Positions 54,046-64,000 of a DNA stretch of 64,000 nt are shown here, in pieces (the stretch's first letter is position 1; every line of letters begins with the position of its first letter). The stretch comes from Schizochytrium sp. TIO01 (lineage: Eukaryota > Protista > Bigyra: Labyrinthulomycetes). The stretch is taken from the NCBI GenBank assembly GCA_004764695.1, contig SMSO01000032.1:6356483-6420482 (forward strand). The letters are read 5' to 3'. Under the pieces are notes generated by a model. The model searched no databases and was not told the origin of the DNA. It worked only from the letters and a program-made list of their open reading frames with translations. Made by a program: the position numbers and the translations under genes.

Positions 54046-55203
54046 GATATCTAGAAGGTTGTACAAAAACTAACCTCCTAAGTCTTTCCTAATTTCTGTG
54101 TGTTTGAAGAAGTCTTCTTCTCGAGCGCAACCTGAGCTCAAAGCTGCCAACGGCCTGAGATCTTCTTTCTCGATCCCGCTCTGCTTCGGTCGCGGTGGAA
54201 CACGCGATAGACCGCTCAGGTAAAGGTTTGAAACAGTCGCCGCGAAGGACTTCGGTTGCAAGCGTAGCTCTCTGCGCAGAGCAAGTCGCGGTGTAGCGCG
54301 TTCGTGCAGCGCTGTTGAGAAGAATCGGGATTGATTGCCATTGACTGATCGAGAGACAGGAGCGTCCGTTTGCGGGCTTTTATAAAATATTATATGTTCC
54401 TCTCGGCATTACTATTACTCCGAGTCTAACATTAATATCAGTGATAAGCGAGTCTGCGCTCCACTGCATAATTTAAAGCAATACAAGGTCCGTTGTAGAG
54501 GAAAGGGTTCCAGTGCCGGAAAAACTACTCTTCGAACGTTGGCGCCTGTGCTCGGAAACTCTTAAGACAACCTATTGTATTCATAGGAGTCGACGGCAAT
54601 TCTATAAACAACGTTTTATAACATTACTATGACTGATAGTAGGGAGCGAAGCCAAGGTGCAGCCGGTAGCAAAACCAGCAGAGATAAAAGTGAATGAGAA
54701 CAATCTTGTCGATGTCACGCTCTGACTTCTCAATATCATACGTTCCCGTGCAAATCGCTTCGTCTTGAGACTTTAGTATCAGACTTGGCAGTTGCAACTC
54801 GCATATGTAAAAATGAATATCAGGCCTATAAATAGAAAGAGTTCTTCGTTTTCATGTGTGCAACATTCTCGCTTGACTCAACTCAAACGTAGCACAAAGT
54901 TAAAGTGGTAGAAAAAGTGAATTTATTTAAATCTCGATAACATTTGGATAGGTGTGGCAATATAACATCACCTGCAGGTCAAAAGTAGAGAATGTGAAAC
55001 TCTACTTCTGTACCTCCAAAAACCAAATGCACTAGTATAGTATTATTCTATCTGTTGTTGGGCGAGCGTCCCCACCAATCTACGATTGGCCAAAGTCTAC
55101 ATAGTTTTGTTAAACAGAAATGTACAAGCGTAGCGGATTGATACCTCATACTTATTTATTTCCAGTTTTTAGTATATTGATTCGCAGATACAAAAGTAGG
55201 TAC

Positions 55204-56619
55204 CTAAATGTGGATCTCCATTACAGCACGGACACTTTGCTCAACCTGGCATGTTGGACACTTGAAATGCATTGTAGGCTTAACAATTCTATCCAGAGAA
55301 GCCTTGGCGATTACATGGCCGCAGTCTAGTAAGATAGGTTTGTTCTCTGCAGTTGTGCGCTCTTTCGTTACAGGGCAAATGATCACAGAATGAAAATCAA
55401 ACTGTGAATCCAATTCAACATGCACTGGAAGCTGATCCATATCTACCCAGGCAACTTCTTCTGAAGAAGACGATGGCGGTTGGATGGTTGACACCTGGTG
55501 TGCTCGATTTGCCCGGCGGGTCCCCCCAGCAGCTGACAAACCTGGAGGATTACTTGTATCTTGTGCACTGTCTCCTGACCCAGCATTCAGCGCTTGACGA
55601 GCCATAACAACACGAAAATACTTGCGAAGCTTTTCAATGCATTGCTGGCCTGCGGCTAATGCCACACGCAAGGGTGAGCCGGACGAGATACCATATACAG
55701 AACTTGCATCAGCTCGAAAAATGTCAAGTACAACCTTCTGTTGCTCTTTAACAAGACCTGGCTCAAGGAATACTAGCTTTCCCATCAGCGATTGTACATC
55801 TCGGTATCGTGCTTCCGAGTAAACAGCAAACTCATTACGGGCATACAATACTGCATTGCTAACGTCACCATTTGCAACTAATTGTAAATAGTGCAACTTA
55901 TGCAATTCGAACAAAAGCGAGGATGATGTTTCTTCAAGCTTCTGTGAATGGGATTTGGCCCATTTCAATGCTATGGTTATGTCAACAGTTGGGTTCTCCA
56001 CATCTCTTGTTGAATTTCCGTGTCTGGTTTGTGCATGCCCTGATAAGCTTTGGATGACTGTGTTCATTTCCACAAAGTCCTGCATGACATATGAGTCGAG
56101 GGGCTCTCCAGTCTCCTCTGCAAGGTCCCGGGCTAAGTCGATCTGGCCTGCATGTAGAAAATGAAACACAATAGCTTGGGTCAAAAGTTTTGCAATAATT
56201 TCTTCATCCTCCTTATTTTCCTTCGTGGCACGACGAAAGATTTCAATGTCTTCAGGGGAAAGAACTTTGTCAATGGCCTTTCCCAAACGGTTTAACGCAG
56301 CATGAATGCTTTTATTCTGTGATCGCACATTGGTAACAGACGAGGTCTGATCTACCTGCGAATTTAGGTTTGCTAATGCGAGTTTTCGTTTTTGGCCACG
56401 TGCTACAGCATTCCTTTGCGTTTGCGTTGCAGTGTTGTTGTTCGAGCCATGAGAAATACTGTCAGCTTCTTCAGAGGTGCAATCTTCAGCCTCTGCGCGT
56501 AAGGCAGCTTTGCATTCGCTAACGGCGTTAATAAGAGCGTCCAGCTCTCCTAAGATACCGCAGAACCCAGCATCTACGCGTTCTTCGCATACCCGGAGCT
56601 CTTCCTCCAGCTCCTCCAT
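55204..56619 (-). CDS. RMND5: GID/CTLH E3 ligase RING subunit (LisH-CTLH-CRA-RING)
   Basis: LisH AIVFHFLHAGQIDLARDLAEE, CTLH ALKWA...LLFELHKLHYLQL, and FHSVIICPVTKE...PILLDCGHVI...FKCPTC. The LP..VEL...FHS..CP pattern favours RMND5/Gid2 over MAEA. Confidence 0.9.
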   Translation of the reverse strand: MEELEEELRVCEERVDAGFCGILGELDALINAVSECKAALRAEAEDCTSEEADSISHGSNNNTATQTQRNAVARGQKRKLALANLNSQVDQTSSVTNVRSQNKSIHAALNRLGKAIDKVLSPEDIEIFRRATKENKEDEEIIAKLLTQAIVFHFLHAGQIDLARDLAEETGEPLDSYVMQDFVEMNTVIQSLSGHAQTRHGNSTRDVENPTVDITIALKWAKSHSQKLEETSSSLLFELHKLHYLQLVANGDVSNAVLYARNEFAVYSEARYRDVQSLMGKLVFLEPGLVKEQQKVVLDIFRADASSVYGISSGSPLRVALAAGQQCIEKLRKYFRVVMARQALNAGSGDSAQDTSNPPGLSAAGGTRRANRAHQVSTIQPPSSSSEEVAWVDMDQLPVHVELDSQFDFHSVIICPVTKERTTAENKPILLDCGHVIAKASLDRIVKPTMHFKCPTCQVEQSVRAVMEIHI

Positions 56620-57718
56620 CGCGTCGTGCTAAATGTGCTGGGTGGATTCCAGCCGAGGCCAACTAAGAAGAACCAAGCTTAGATAAGATCGCCGAGTCGC
56701 CCCCGTCCGTCCTTAGCCCTACCACTGTGAGATCTTCCCTTGTATCCTGACCAGGATCTGTTGGATATAAGTTTAGATTTGGATTTTGGTTCGATCTGTC
56801 CTGTTTTTTGGCGTCTTTGCAATTAATCATTTTTATAGCTTAGAAAGAAAGAAGACTGTCAAAAAATAAATTTCTTTGCTCAAAGAACTCTCTCCACTAA
56901 TAGTCTCCATAGTACTACCTACTAGATAATTGAGATGCTAATTAAATTTTATGGGCAGGTTTTATGTTCGTGTTCGTAAGACACTTCCGATGCCATTAAA
57001 GATTAAGAATGTAGTTGGGATAGTCAATAAGGCTCTCCATGTTTGAGACGATAGAGGGAAAACGCAAATATCCTTGTACTTATGGCACGTTTTCATTGAA
57101 TAGAATGAGGTAATCTAGGTATTGCCCTGATTTTGCAAAAATGAAGTGAATAACTAGCAAGTGTTTGAACTGAACGGCTCAAAAGCACCAACGAAACATC
57201 TTATGCATGTTGCAGATATAAGCCTAGAATACCTTTAGCTACTATTTATCACCGAAAACAAAGGTCTTTAAAATTTCATTCCAAAGAGTCTCCATATTGT
57301 TTTGAACGCTGCAATAAAACACGATAAAGTTGTGTTACAACGTTGATGAGCGTAAAACCGTGAGGAACTTTAAATTTGTACATTTACATATAACTTCAAG
57401 CTGGACTGTTCTGAAATGTCATGAGTATTAAGGAGTTAACAAAAGCTAAAAGGATAAAGCGAGGATCAACCACCTGCGGAGAACAGGTCAGTATATGAAG
57501 CAAATCCGTCAGTCATACTAAATAAATACATTAAACTATCGAAATAGAACATTCACAAATGTAAGAATTCCATTAATCTTTAGTTGGATCGCAACAACTA
57601 GGTATAGAATTCGTATGCTAATACTTTAATATCCAAAGATAACCAGGGTTTTGAGAACTCCTACAATTGCACAGTTCGTATTTCTCTCATAAAATATATA
57701 TAAAAGTGCTACCAAAAT

Positions 57719-60490
57719 TTATTCAACAAATGGTCCAACGTCGATAGGTTGACCGGTAGCCTCTGTATCATCACCAACACCACCCGCAGCCCTACAAGAA
57801 TGACCAATCTCATCGTCTGCGCTTCCCAGATCAAATTCATCTCCCTCTTGAGCTACTCCATCCAGAGCCCCACTCGCAAAATAACGGCTTCTCATGTTGT
57901 AGTACAAATCTCGGAAACGTTCAAGTTCGCGAGTGCGCTGTTGTAGACGCTCCCTGGCAGCAAGAAGAGATTGAACTTCTTGACGGGATCCCTGGTACTT
58001 GGCCCGTAGCTCTTTGATACGAGCTTTACACTTCACCAGAGCGTCGTGGTAGGCCGCATGCTTCTTTTCTAGTTTTTCTAAGGCTCGCCGACTCTTCTGC
58101 GATTGTGTAACTAAGGTCTCTGCAAGACGCTGCTTGAGCTCGTTTTCCTTGCCGCTCACAACAATCTGTGTGGCTTCGACACGCTGATTGTAATCGGCAA
58201 GGGCGTCTCGAAGTTGGCTCTTTTCCTCCTGCTCAACACGGAGTTCCTTGTCCAATACTGATACTCGGCTTTCTGCGCGTTGAACTCGTTCCTTCGCATC
58301 GCGTGAGGCATCCAGAGCAGATCGGTGCTTTTCTTGAAGGTCGCGATATTCCTCTTCAAGCTCTGTCGCTCGTGTTTGCACTTCCTCGAGCTTGACGGCC
58401 AGCACTTTAACACGTTCATGTAGCGCTTCTTTCTCTTTCACTGCGCGACGAGCTTCGCTACTTTCTTGATTGAGTTGATCACTTAGTCGGTCCTTCGTTT
58501 CTGCAAATTCTCGTGTCTGGATTTCGACACGGCCACGCAGTTCTGCCACCTCACCCTGTGCAGATTGCCGCTGCTTCTTCTCTTCCTCTAGGGCGAGGAG
58601 TGCACGGTCTCTCGCTCTCTCTACTTCTTCGAGAGCCGCCGTATGTTGGCTCTCACGAAGCTTCTCTTGGTCTGCGTGCCGAGCAGTAACACGCGCGAGT
58701 TGGGCCTCCAGGCTTTCAACTTGTCCGCGAAGTTCATGACGTTCGCGCTCAGCTTTAGTAGAAGCTTCTGAGAGCGAGCGAGAGCCACGACTACGTTCTT
58801 CTTCTAATTCTTTACTTGCCTCGAAGAGCTGAGATTCTAGCTTTGATACTTCCGCTTGCTGCTTTAGTCGTGCTGCATTTGATTCCTCTAAAGAATCCTC
58901 AAGACGTCGTCGCTCAGCCTCGTGATGCTCTTGCTGGCGACGAAGACGAGTGACTTCAAGATTTAAGTCCTTCAGATCACCCATCAAGTCAAGGCGCACG
59001 CGGTCTTGTCCAGCTGTGGCTTCGTCAAGTGCGATTTGGAGGTTTTTCACATCTACAAGCGTACTTCTGAACTTATCACCAAAGTCGTCGCGCTCCGCAC
59101 GAAGCCGGGCTGTGTCCAAAGAACGAAGCCTAATTTGTTCCTCTTTACTTGTTTCTTCCATTTCACGTCTCAAATGCTCTATTTGAGCATTCAGTTCACC
59201 GATCATCGCCTGGTGTTCTGCCCGAATCAATGCAGTTTCTTTTTCTTGGCCTACAGTGTACTGCTCAAACTCTGTTTTCAAGAGTTCATGTGCATTGCGC
59301 TCTTTTGTTAGGGCGACTCGAACCTTTTCCAGCTCACGGTCGCGTGCATAAAGCTGAGCTCGGTGAGCGCCTTCAACTTCATGTTGGACCTTTTGTCGAA
59401 GTACATTCACGTCTCTTGGAAGGGAAAGCTGGATCTGGAGCTCCGCAAATTCCTCTGCCTTGGCCTCAAGTTGCCTTGCAAGGCCCTGGACAATCTCATC
59501 TTGGCGGTGTTCTGCTCGCCGGCGTGCCTCTGCTTCGGCATTAGTCATTTTTCTGGCATCTCTGTATTTTTCAAGAAGCTTCAAGTGTTGATTTTTGAGG
59601 CGGTCATATGCTTCGTGTAGTTCTGCATTCATATCCTCCACCTTTTGAGATCTTGCAACCACCTTTGCAAGGTCTTTTGAGAGAGCTCCAAATTGACCGA
59701 GAAGATCATCATAAGAACCGCCGCCTTTCCCAGCGCCGGACTCTGCGCGGCGTTGCTGGTCTTTGAGCATTTGCATAAACCTCTCCTGATAAATTCGGTG
59801 ATCAGCTTCTTCTGCACCTGCTGTATGTGCTCCAGTACCTGTTGCCACTCCTGTCGCTCCTCGATGTCGAGCCTGCGTTGTTTTACCTGGCGCAATGCCT
59901 GCAAACTGCATGTAGCTCGAGCTTGAGCTTGAGAATCCTGACTCTGTGAAAAGTTGGCCTCGACTTCTGCTCGAGCTTGAAGAACTAAAATATTCATCAG
60001 GACCGGTTGTTTCCCACCGTTGAGATTGCGTTGTCGCCATCGAAGCGGAGTTTACTGCTCCAGTAGATCTTCCAGGTCGGCTATGATCTTTACGATGGTG
60101 CTCTTCGACACTCACGTCAAAATGTACAGAATGATCAGGACCCGCCACCCCGACGGTCTGGCTGCTCTCCTCCGCATCGTCTCGAGATTGATCTTGACTT
60201 TCGGTGCTAGAATCTGCTCCTTGTGTGAATTTTGCAAGGCTTACGTCTTCACCGACCTCGTCTTCGTCTTCTTCTTCATCATCCTCTTCATCACCATTTC
60301 CATCTACATGTCCGCGATCATTTGTATGATCGTTTCTGTGCTCGTCGTTGTCGTCGTTGCTGCCTCCTTCAAGCCTGTTTCCTCCATCAAGTTGCCTTGA
60401 GAAATCGTGTGCGGCCGACCCATGCGACATCGAGAAAGATCTGCTCTCAGACTCGCGGTCGTTCTCGCTGCTACCCGACTGGGCGTCCAT
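57719..60490 (-). CDS. CEP83: Centrosomal protein of 83 kDa (distal appendage/transition fibre), with an acidic disordered N-terminal extension
   Basis: Long coiled coil. QLEAKAEEFAELQIQLSLPRDVNVLRQKVQHEVEGAHR...ELEKVR...HELLKTEFEQ aligns without gaps to human CEP83 as recalled ([38 protein letters not shown]...EVEKYR...HTFLKSEFEH). First ATG at 60490. Confidence 0.8.
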   Translation of the reverse strand: MDAQSGSSENDRESESRSFSMSHGSAAHDFSRQLDGGNRLEGGSNDDNDEHRNDHTNDRGHVDGNGDEEDDEEEDEDEVGEDVSLAKFTQGADSSTESQDQSRDDAEESSQTVGVAGPDHSVHFDVSVEEHHRKDHSRPGRSTGAVNSASMATTQSQRWETTGPDEYFSSSSSSRSRGQLFTESGFSSSSSSYMQFAGIAPGKTTQARHRGATGVATGTGAHTAGAEEADHRIYQERFMQMLKDQQRRAESGAGKGGGSYDDLLGQFGALSKDLAKVVARSQKVEDMNAELHEAYDRLKNQHLKLLEKYRDARKMTNAEAEARRRAEHRQDEIVQGLARQLEAKAEEFAELQIQLSLPRDVNVLRQKVQHEVEGAHRAQLYARDRELEKVRVALTKERNAHELLKTEFEQYTVGQEKETALIRAEHQAMIGELNAQIEHLRREMEETSKEEQIRLRSLDTARLRAERDDFGDKFRSTLVDVKNLQIALDEATAGQDRVRLDLMGDLKDLNLEVTRLRRQQEHHEAERRRLEDSLEESNAARLKQQAEVSKLESQLFEASKELEEERSRGSRSLSEASTKAERERHELRGQVESLEAQLARVTARHADQEKLRESQHTAALEEVERARDRALLALEEEKKQRQSAQGEVAELRGRVEIQTREFAETKDRLSDQLNQESSEARRAVKEKEALHERVKVLAVKLEEVQTRATELEEEYRDLQEKHRSALDASRDAKERVQRAESRVSVLDKELRVEQEEKSQLRDALADYNQRVEATQIVVSGKENELKQRLAETLVTQSQKSRRALEKLEKKHAAYHDALVKCKARIKELRAKYQGSRQEVQSLLAARERLQQRTRELERFRDLYYNMRSRYFASGALDGVAQEGDEFDLGSADDEIGHSCRAAGGVGDDTEATGQPIDVGPFVE

Positions 60491-62447
60491 ACCTCTTGCA
60501 CCGCAGAAGCGGTCTCGATGGTGGATTGCCAAGAAGCGATTAGAGAGTATCCCTAATGATATGGGAGAGGAGCTAAGGACTTTGAGAGCCCAAAAGGGAC
60601 TAACAAGAGGCCTTTGCAGCCGTTACACTTTTGGTCATATTATGGTATGTCCATTTCATTATTATCAGAGTAGGTGCCACCGACATGAGCACAGGGAGAA
60701 TGCAGAGATTTCGATGTTGCTAACGAGAGATATAGATGTTTAAGCGAGAGGGAAACGATGCTACAAACTGAATTTTGATGAAGAAACTAATTTCCATGTA
60801 CCTATTTTGGGAACCGTGGCTGGGAACTTGCGAGGCGAAAACTTAGCTTGAAGCCTTTCACTTCCTTTTGGAATGATTGGACTCAGTTGCTATTGGCAGG
60901 TCGATCTGGCCTTTTTGCACTCATAGTTGGTTATTCTAAGTAAAGCTCTCGTTTCGAGTTGTAGACAAGGTATAGTCCACGGACTCAGCGCTAACTTTAA
61001 GCAGCTATGAAGAGTGTAGGCTCGACGCCCAATAATCAAAGAGAGTGGAAAAGTGAAGCGAGCATTCTAAGCTTGCTGGACGTTGCTCGCTTCAAAGATT
61101 ACACATGATGTTTTGTCAAACAACATTCTTTTAGTATTAAAACATTTTCGCCTTGCGTCGATCAAACGTGTATAGCTATCTATGGTCGCTGTATGGTCCA
61201 GACATGCTTGAAAATGGCTTCACTCCAGTTAGATATGTGGGCATCGAAGCTCTTGTTCATGTTATCTTCATAAGCATGGGAATCGTGAATATTCAAGATG
61301 ATCAATGTTCTGTGAAAGCATAATATATTCGTCATGAAGGTATTCGTGAAGAAAATGCGCGTAAAAAGGTATCAATTGCTGGCTTTGCTTTTTTTTTTTA
61401 AATCTACGCCTGCTTGATCACAATTTTTACAAGCACAGTACCATGCTAAGGGAAAACAGGTGCAATCCAACCTTCACCGCAGCTCATAAAAATACACAAT
61501 CTTAAGGCAAAACCGATGAACTCCGCGTCTAATACTTGGCAGTACCTAGTACACCTTCTGGGACCTTGTATTTGCCAGCGAGCTTGTACTTTCATGACAA
61601 CTTTCTACGCACCACGCTGGACCCGAAGACATCCTTGGTGCCCACTTTCTTTTCATGATGTACCAAGTATAGTACCTCAGTAGCCACCAGTCTGCAGTGT
61701 ATACTACCTACGATTCCCATCTGCCTAACTACTGTGTTCAAGGTATTGTGTATTTTCTGCTGGCGCGCAAAACGCCACGTGCTGTCCATAGCCACACTAT
61801 CCCTTCGCCCATCTACTGCATAGATTTGCTGTGTATTTCGTATTCCCTTACACCTACAAGCATCAAGAGTTAATGCCTTTGTGTGCTAGTAGATGCGGTG
61901 GTAGCTCTGAGGCCTTCTTCGGAAGTGCATAATGGTCGCGTCGCTCAGCTACAGACCAGATCCTCAGTGATTATGTTGCTGTTATTGCAGTTGCTCGCTG
62001 CACTTTAAAAAACAAAAACAAAAAACAATCGTGAGCACGCTGCACTATGGACAGTATAACGCTTCTCAGAGTGGTCTTCATCTGCAGCACCGAAAGCTCC
62101 ATCCTCATCGTAATCCTCGAAACCAAGGCACTGCTCTTCACGTGAGTAGGTTCGAAGATGGCAGTGGACGAGTGAGAGACAAGGTTCCAAGATGAGTTGA
62201 GATCTCTAATTGGAGACCTCCTCATAAAAGTACCCAAACTTTGTTAACGGGAACTGCACGTGATCACAATGAAACATGGTTCCCATCACTGCAGAGCAGG
62301 CTGCAATCAATCACAACCGGGTGGAGCCCACGCCAGGGCTGTTGAGCTTATTGTTTGTCTTTGAGTTCAAGGCCGTCGTCGCCACAAGGCTCTAGGTACG
62401 GCGGGCCTGTTTCGTTGTCCACACAGAACTGGCGTGATGGCTCAGTG

Positions 62448-62550
62448 CTTTCTTTCTTTCTTTCTTTCTTTCTTTGCTGTTTTTCTTTTTCTTTTTGTTT
62501 TTGCTTTTGTTTTTGTTTTTGCTTTTGCTTTGTTCTTACGTTTGTTTTTT
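62448..62550. repeat. (TTTC)n/(TTTTTG)n pyrimidine-rich tract, possibly intronic
   Basis: Seen directly, flanked by AG|GTACGG at 62396 and CTTAC...AATAG| at 62559. Confidence 0.8.
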
Positions 62551-64000
62551 CGTGAATAGGGTTCCAACATCTTGAAAGGGTTCTCCATGATGTATCATGT
62601 CTACCTGGAAACTCCACGAAACTCGCAATATGTCGCCGGCTCCCATGATTTCGCCTACAGCACTAGGCTCCATCACAATGGGCTCCTCTCAGGTGCGTCG
62701 AGCAGCCGCGGCCAACCAGTCAGCAGCACTCTTCAACGCGATGGCGAGACACGGATACCATCAATCCATGGACATAAATGTTACATTCACGTCACGAGCG
62801 ACGCAGGCCAATATAGAAAAGTGGTGACAAGTTAAGCATCGTGGATGGAATGGCCTGCCTTTAGATGCATGGCCAAAACATTACGTTTGGGGACGATTGG
62901 CGTCCCACGTGCATTAGAATGCTTATGATTTGCTTTTCGATCGCGAGATGATCTCCACCACCTCTGCGACTTGACATTTTGCAGATAATGCGAGAAGTGC
63001 ACACCAAGCACGCAGAAACAAAACAAGAACCCCAACCATTGCACGTCAATGGTTCACCCCCCTCGAGTGTTTGATGAACGCCGTCCAAGCATGAACAATT
63101 AATCGAGAAGTACCTCTGAGGTCTGATGTTCATCGCTCGCGATCAAAATCGTGCATTCGAGACACCCTTTCCCTGTATTTATAAATATTTATTTATTTCA
63201 ATTAAAAAATGATTTCAAAGCGACAAGGCTAATTGATTAGTACTATTTCTTTCCTTCCGCTTAATCGATTGCTTCCCTTCACTTTTTTCACTTCCAGTCA
63301 AGCTGGAAAGTAAACTCAGCTTCGCACCACTAACTACAGTATCTCAGCAAATGTTTCTCTCTTTGATTTGATGGGGAAAGCACTTACTCTCTTTGTAAAA
63401 GTCTGTTGGACTCATTTTTATGAAAATGCACGAATGTTTTCCCGCACGTGCCGTTTCGGCGTTCTTGTTGTTTGATAAGTTTCGAAGAGGCTGAAGTGGA
63501 GCTCCTGCAACAACCTTCTTCGGTGAGGTTAAACTTCGCGGCCGCCGACGTACGTGCTGTGCTCCAAGGGGAGCTCTCGGGAGCATCGAGGATTCGGTTG
63601 TGGCGGGCCGCCACAGATCATCATTCGTGATCGTGATTGAGCTGATCGAGAATTCAGAATTTTTTATTCAAGCTCTTTATAGAGAGTACGCAAATATTAC
63701 TTATGTGACACTTTTACTTTCGACAGACTGGATGCAAGGATGACGGCGGATGATGAAGGTCTTTTTATTTCTGGATTTATTTTTTTCCAAGTTCGAAGTG
63801 TAGAATGGCGTTGTTTCGCTCCTTCTATCAAAGTTTCATGTCTAATTCTAGATTGTTCATGTTTTGCAATCTGTAATAGCTAATGGTATTTCGCGCTGTG
63901 CTCTATACAGACTTCTAGGCTGGCAAATAAAAGGTACGACTACTTATGATCCCGTGATGCCGTGATGGTATGTGTTGGTATGATGTTTATTTCTTTTAAT

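Noticed and set aside
53407-54054. 215-aa plus-strand ORF
   Set aside because: Antisense shadow of TXNDC9.
54052-54075. 24-nt GTTAGT...TTCTAG mini-intron just upstream of the TXNDC9 ATG (minus strand)
   Set aside because: Far shorter than the 200-nt intron seen here, and it has no clear branch point.
1-64000. tRNA, snRNA, C/D snoRNA, TPP riboswitch, SECIS or intact transposon
   Set aside because: By eye I found no T-loop/cloverleaf or U1/U2/U5/U6 signatures. The RTGATGA boxes (e.g. near 2956, 7118, 48124) lack a suitably placed CTGA. There is no RT or transposase ORF. A covariance-model scan would be needed to exclude these formally.

Overview
This is eukaryotic nuclear DNA: gene-dense, almost intron-free, with microsatellite-rich spacers. 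The gene set (CDPK, ODAD1/DC2, CEP83, ABP34-like protein) suggests a flagellated protist, most likely a thraustochytrid/labyrinthulomycete stramenopile; the taxonomy is inference. I can support 14 protein-coding genes: CCT7 (minus strand, runs off the left edge, missed by the ORF track), a spliced ABP34-like Ca2+-regulated actin-bundling protein, COQ2, a vigilin-like multi-KH protein, a 2038-aa Trf4/TENT4-like nucleotidyltransferase with three TRAF-type zinc fingers, a disordered orphan, an RNI-like LRR protein, a small GON7-like protein, ODAD1/DC2, a BTB-BACK-Kelch protein, a myristoylated CDPK, a zinc-finger orphan (C2H2 plus SWIM-like), TXNDC9/PhLP3, RMND5/GID2 and CEP83 (15 counting both orphans separately). 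Large stretches without recognisable genes lie at about 2.7-8.5 kb, 40-49.9 kb and 60.5-64 kb. I recognised no tRNA, rRNA, snRNA, CRISPR array or intact mobile element. The best leads are the TRAF-ZF terminal nucleotidyltransferase facing a KH protein with PPG-Phi motifs, a candidate GON7 outside opisthokonts, the ABP34 homologue, and recurrent CCTA...TAGG inverted repeats in the spacers. All family calls come from motif recognition by eye, not from database searches.
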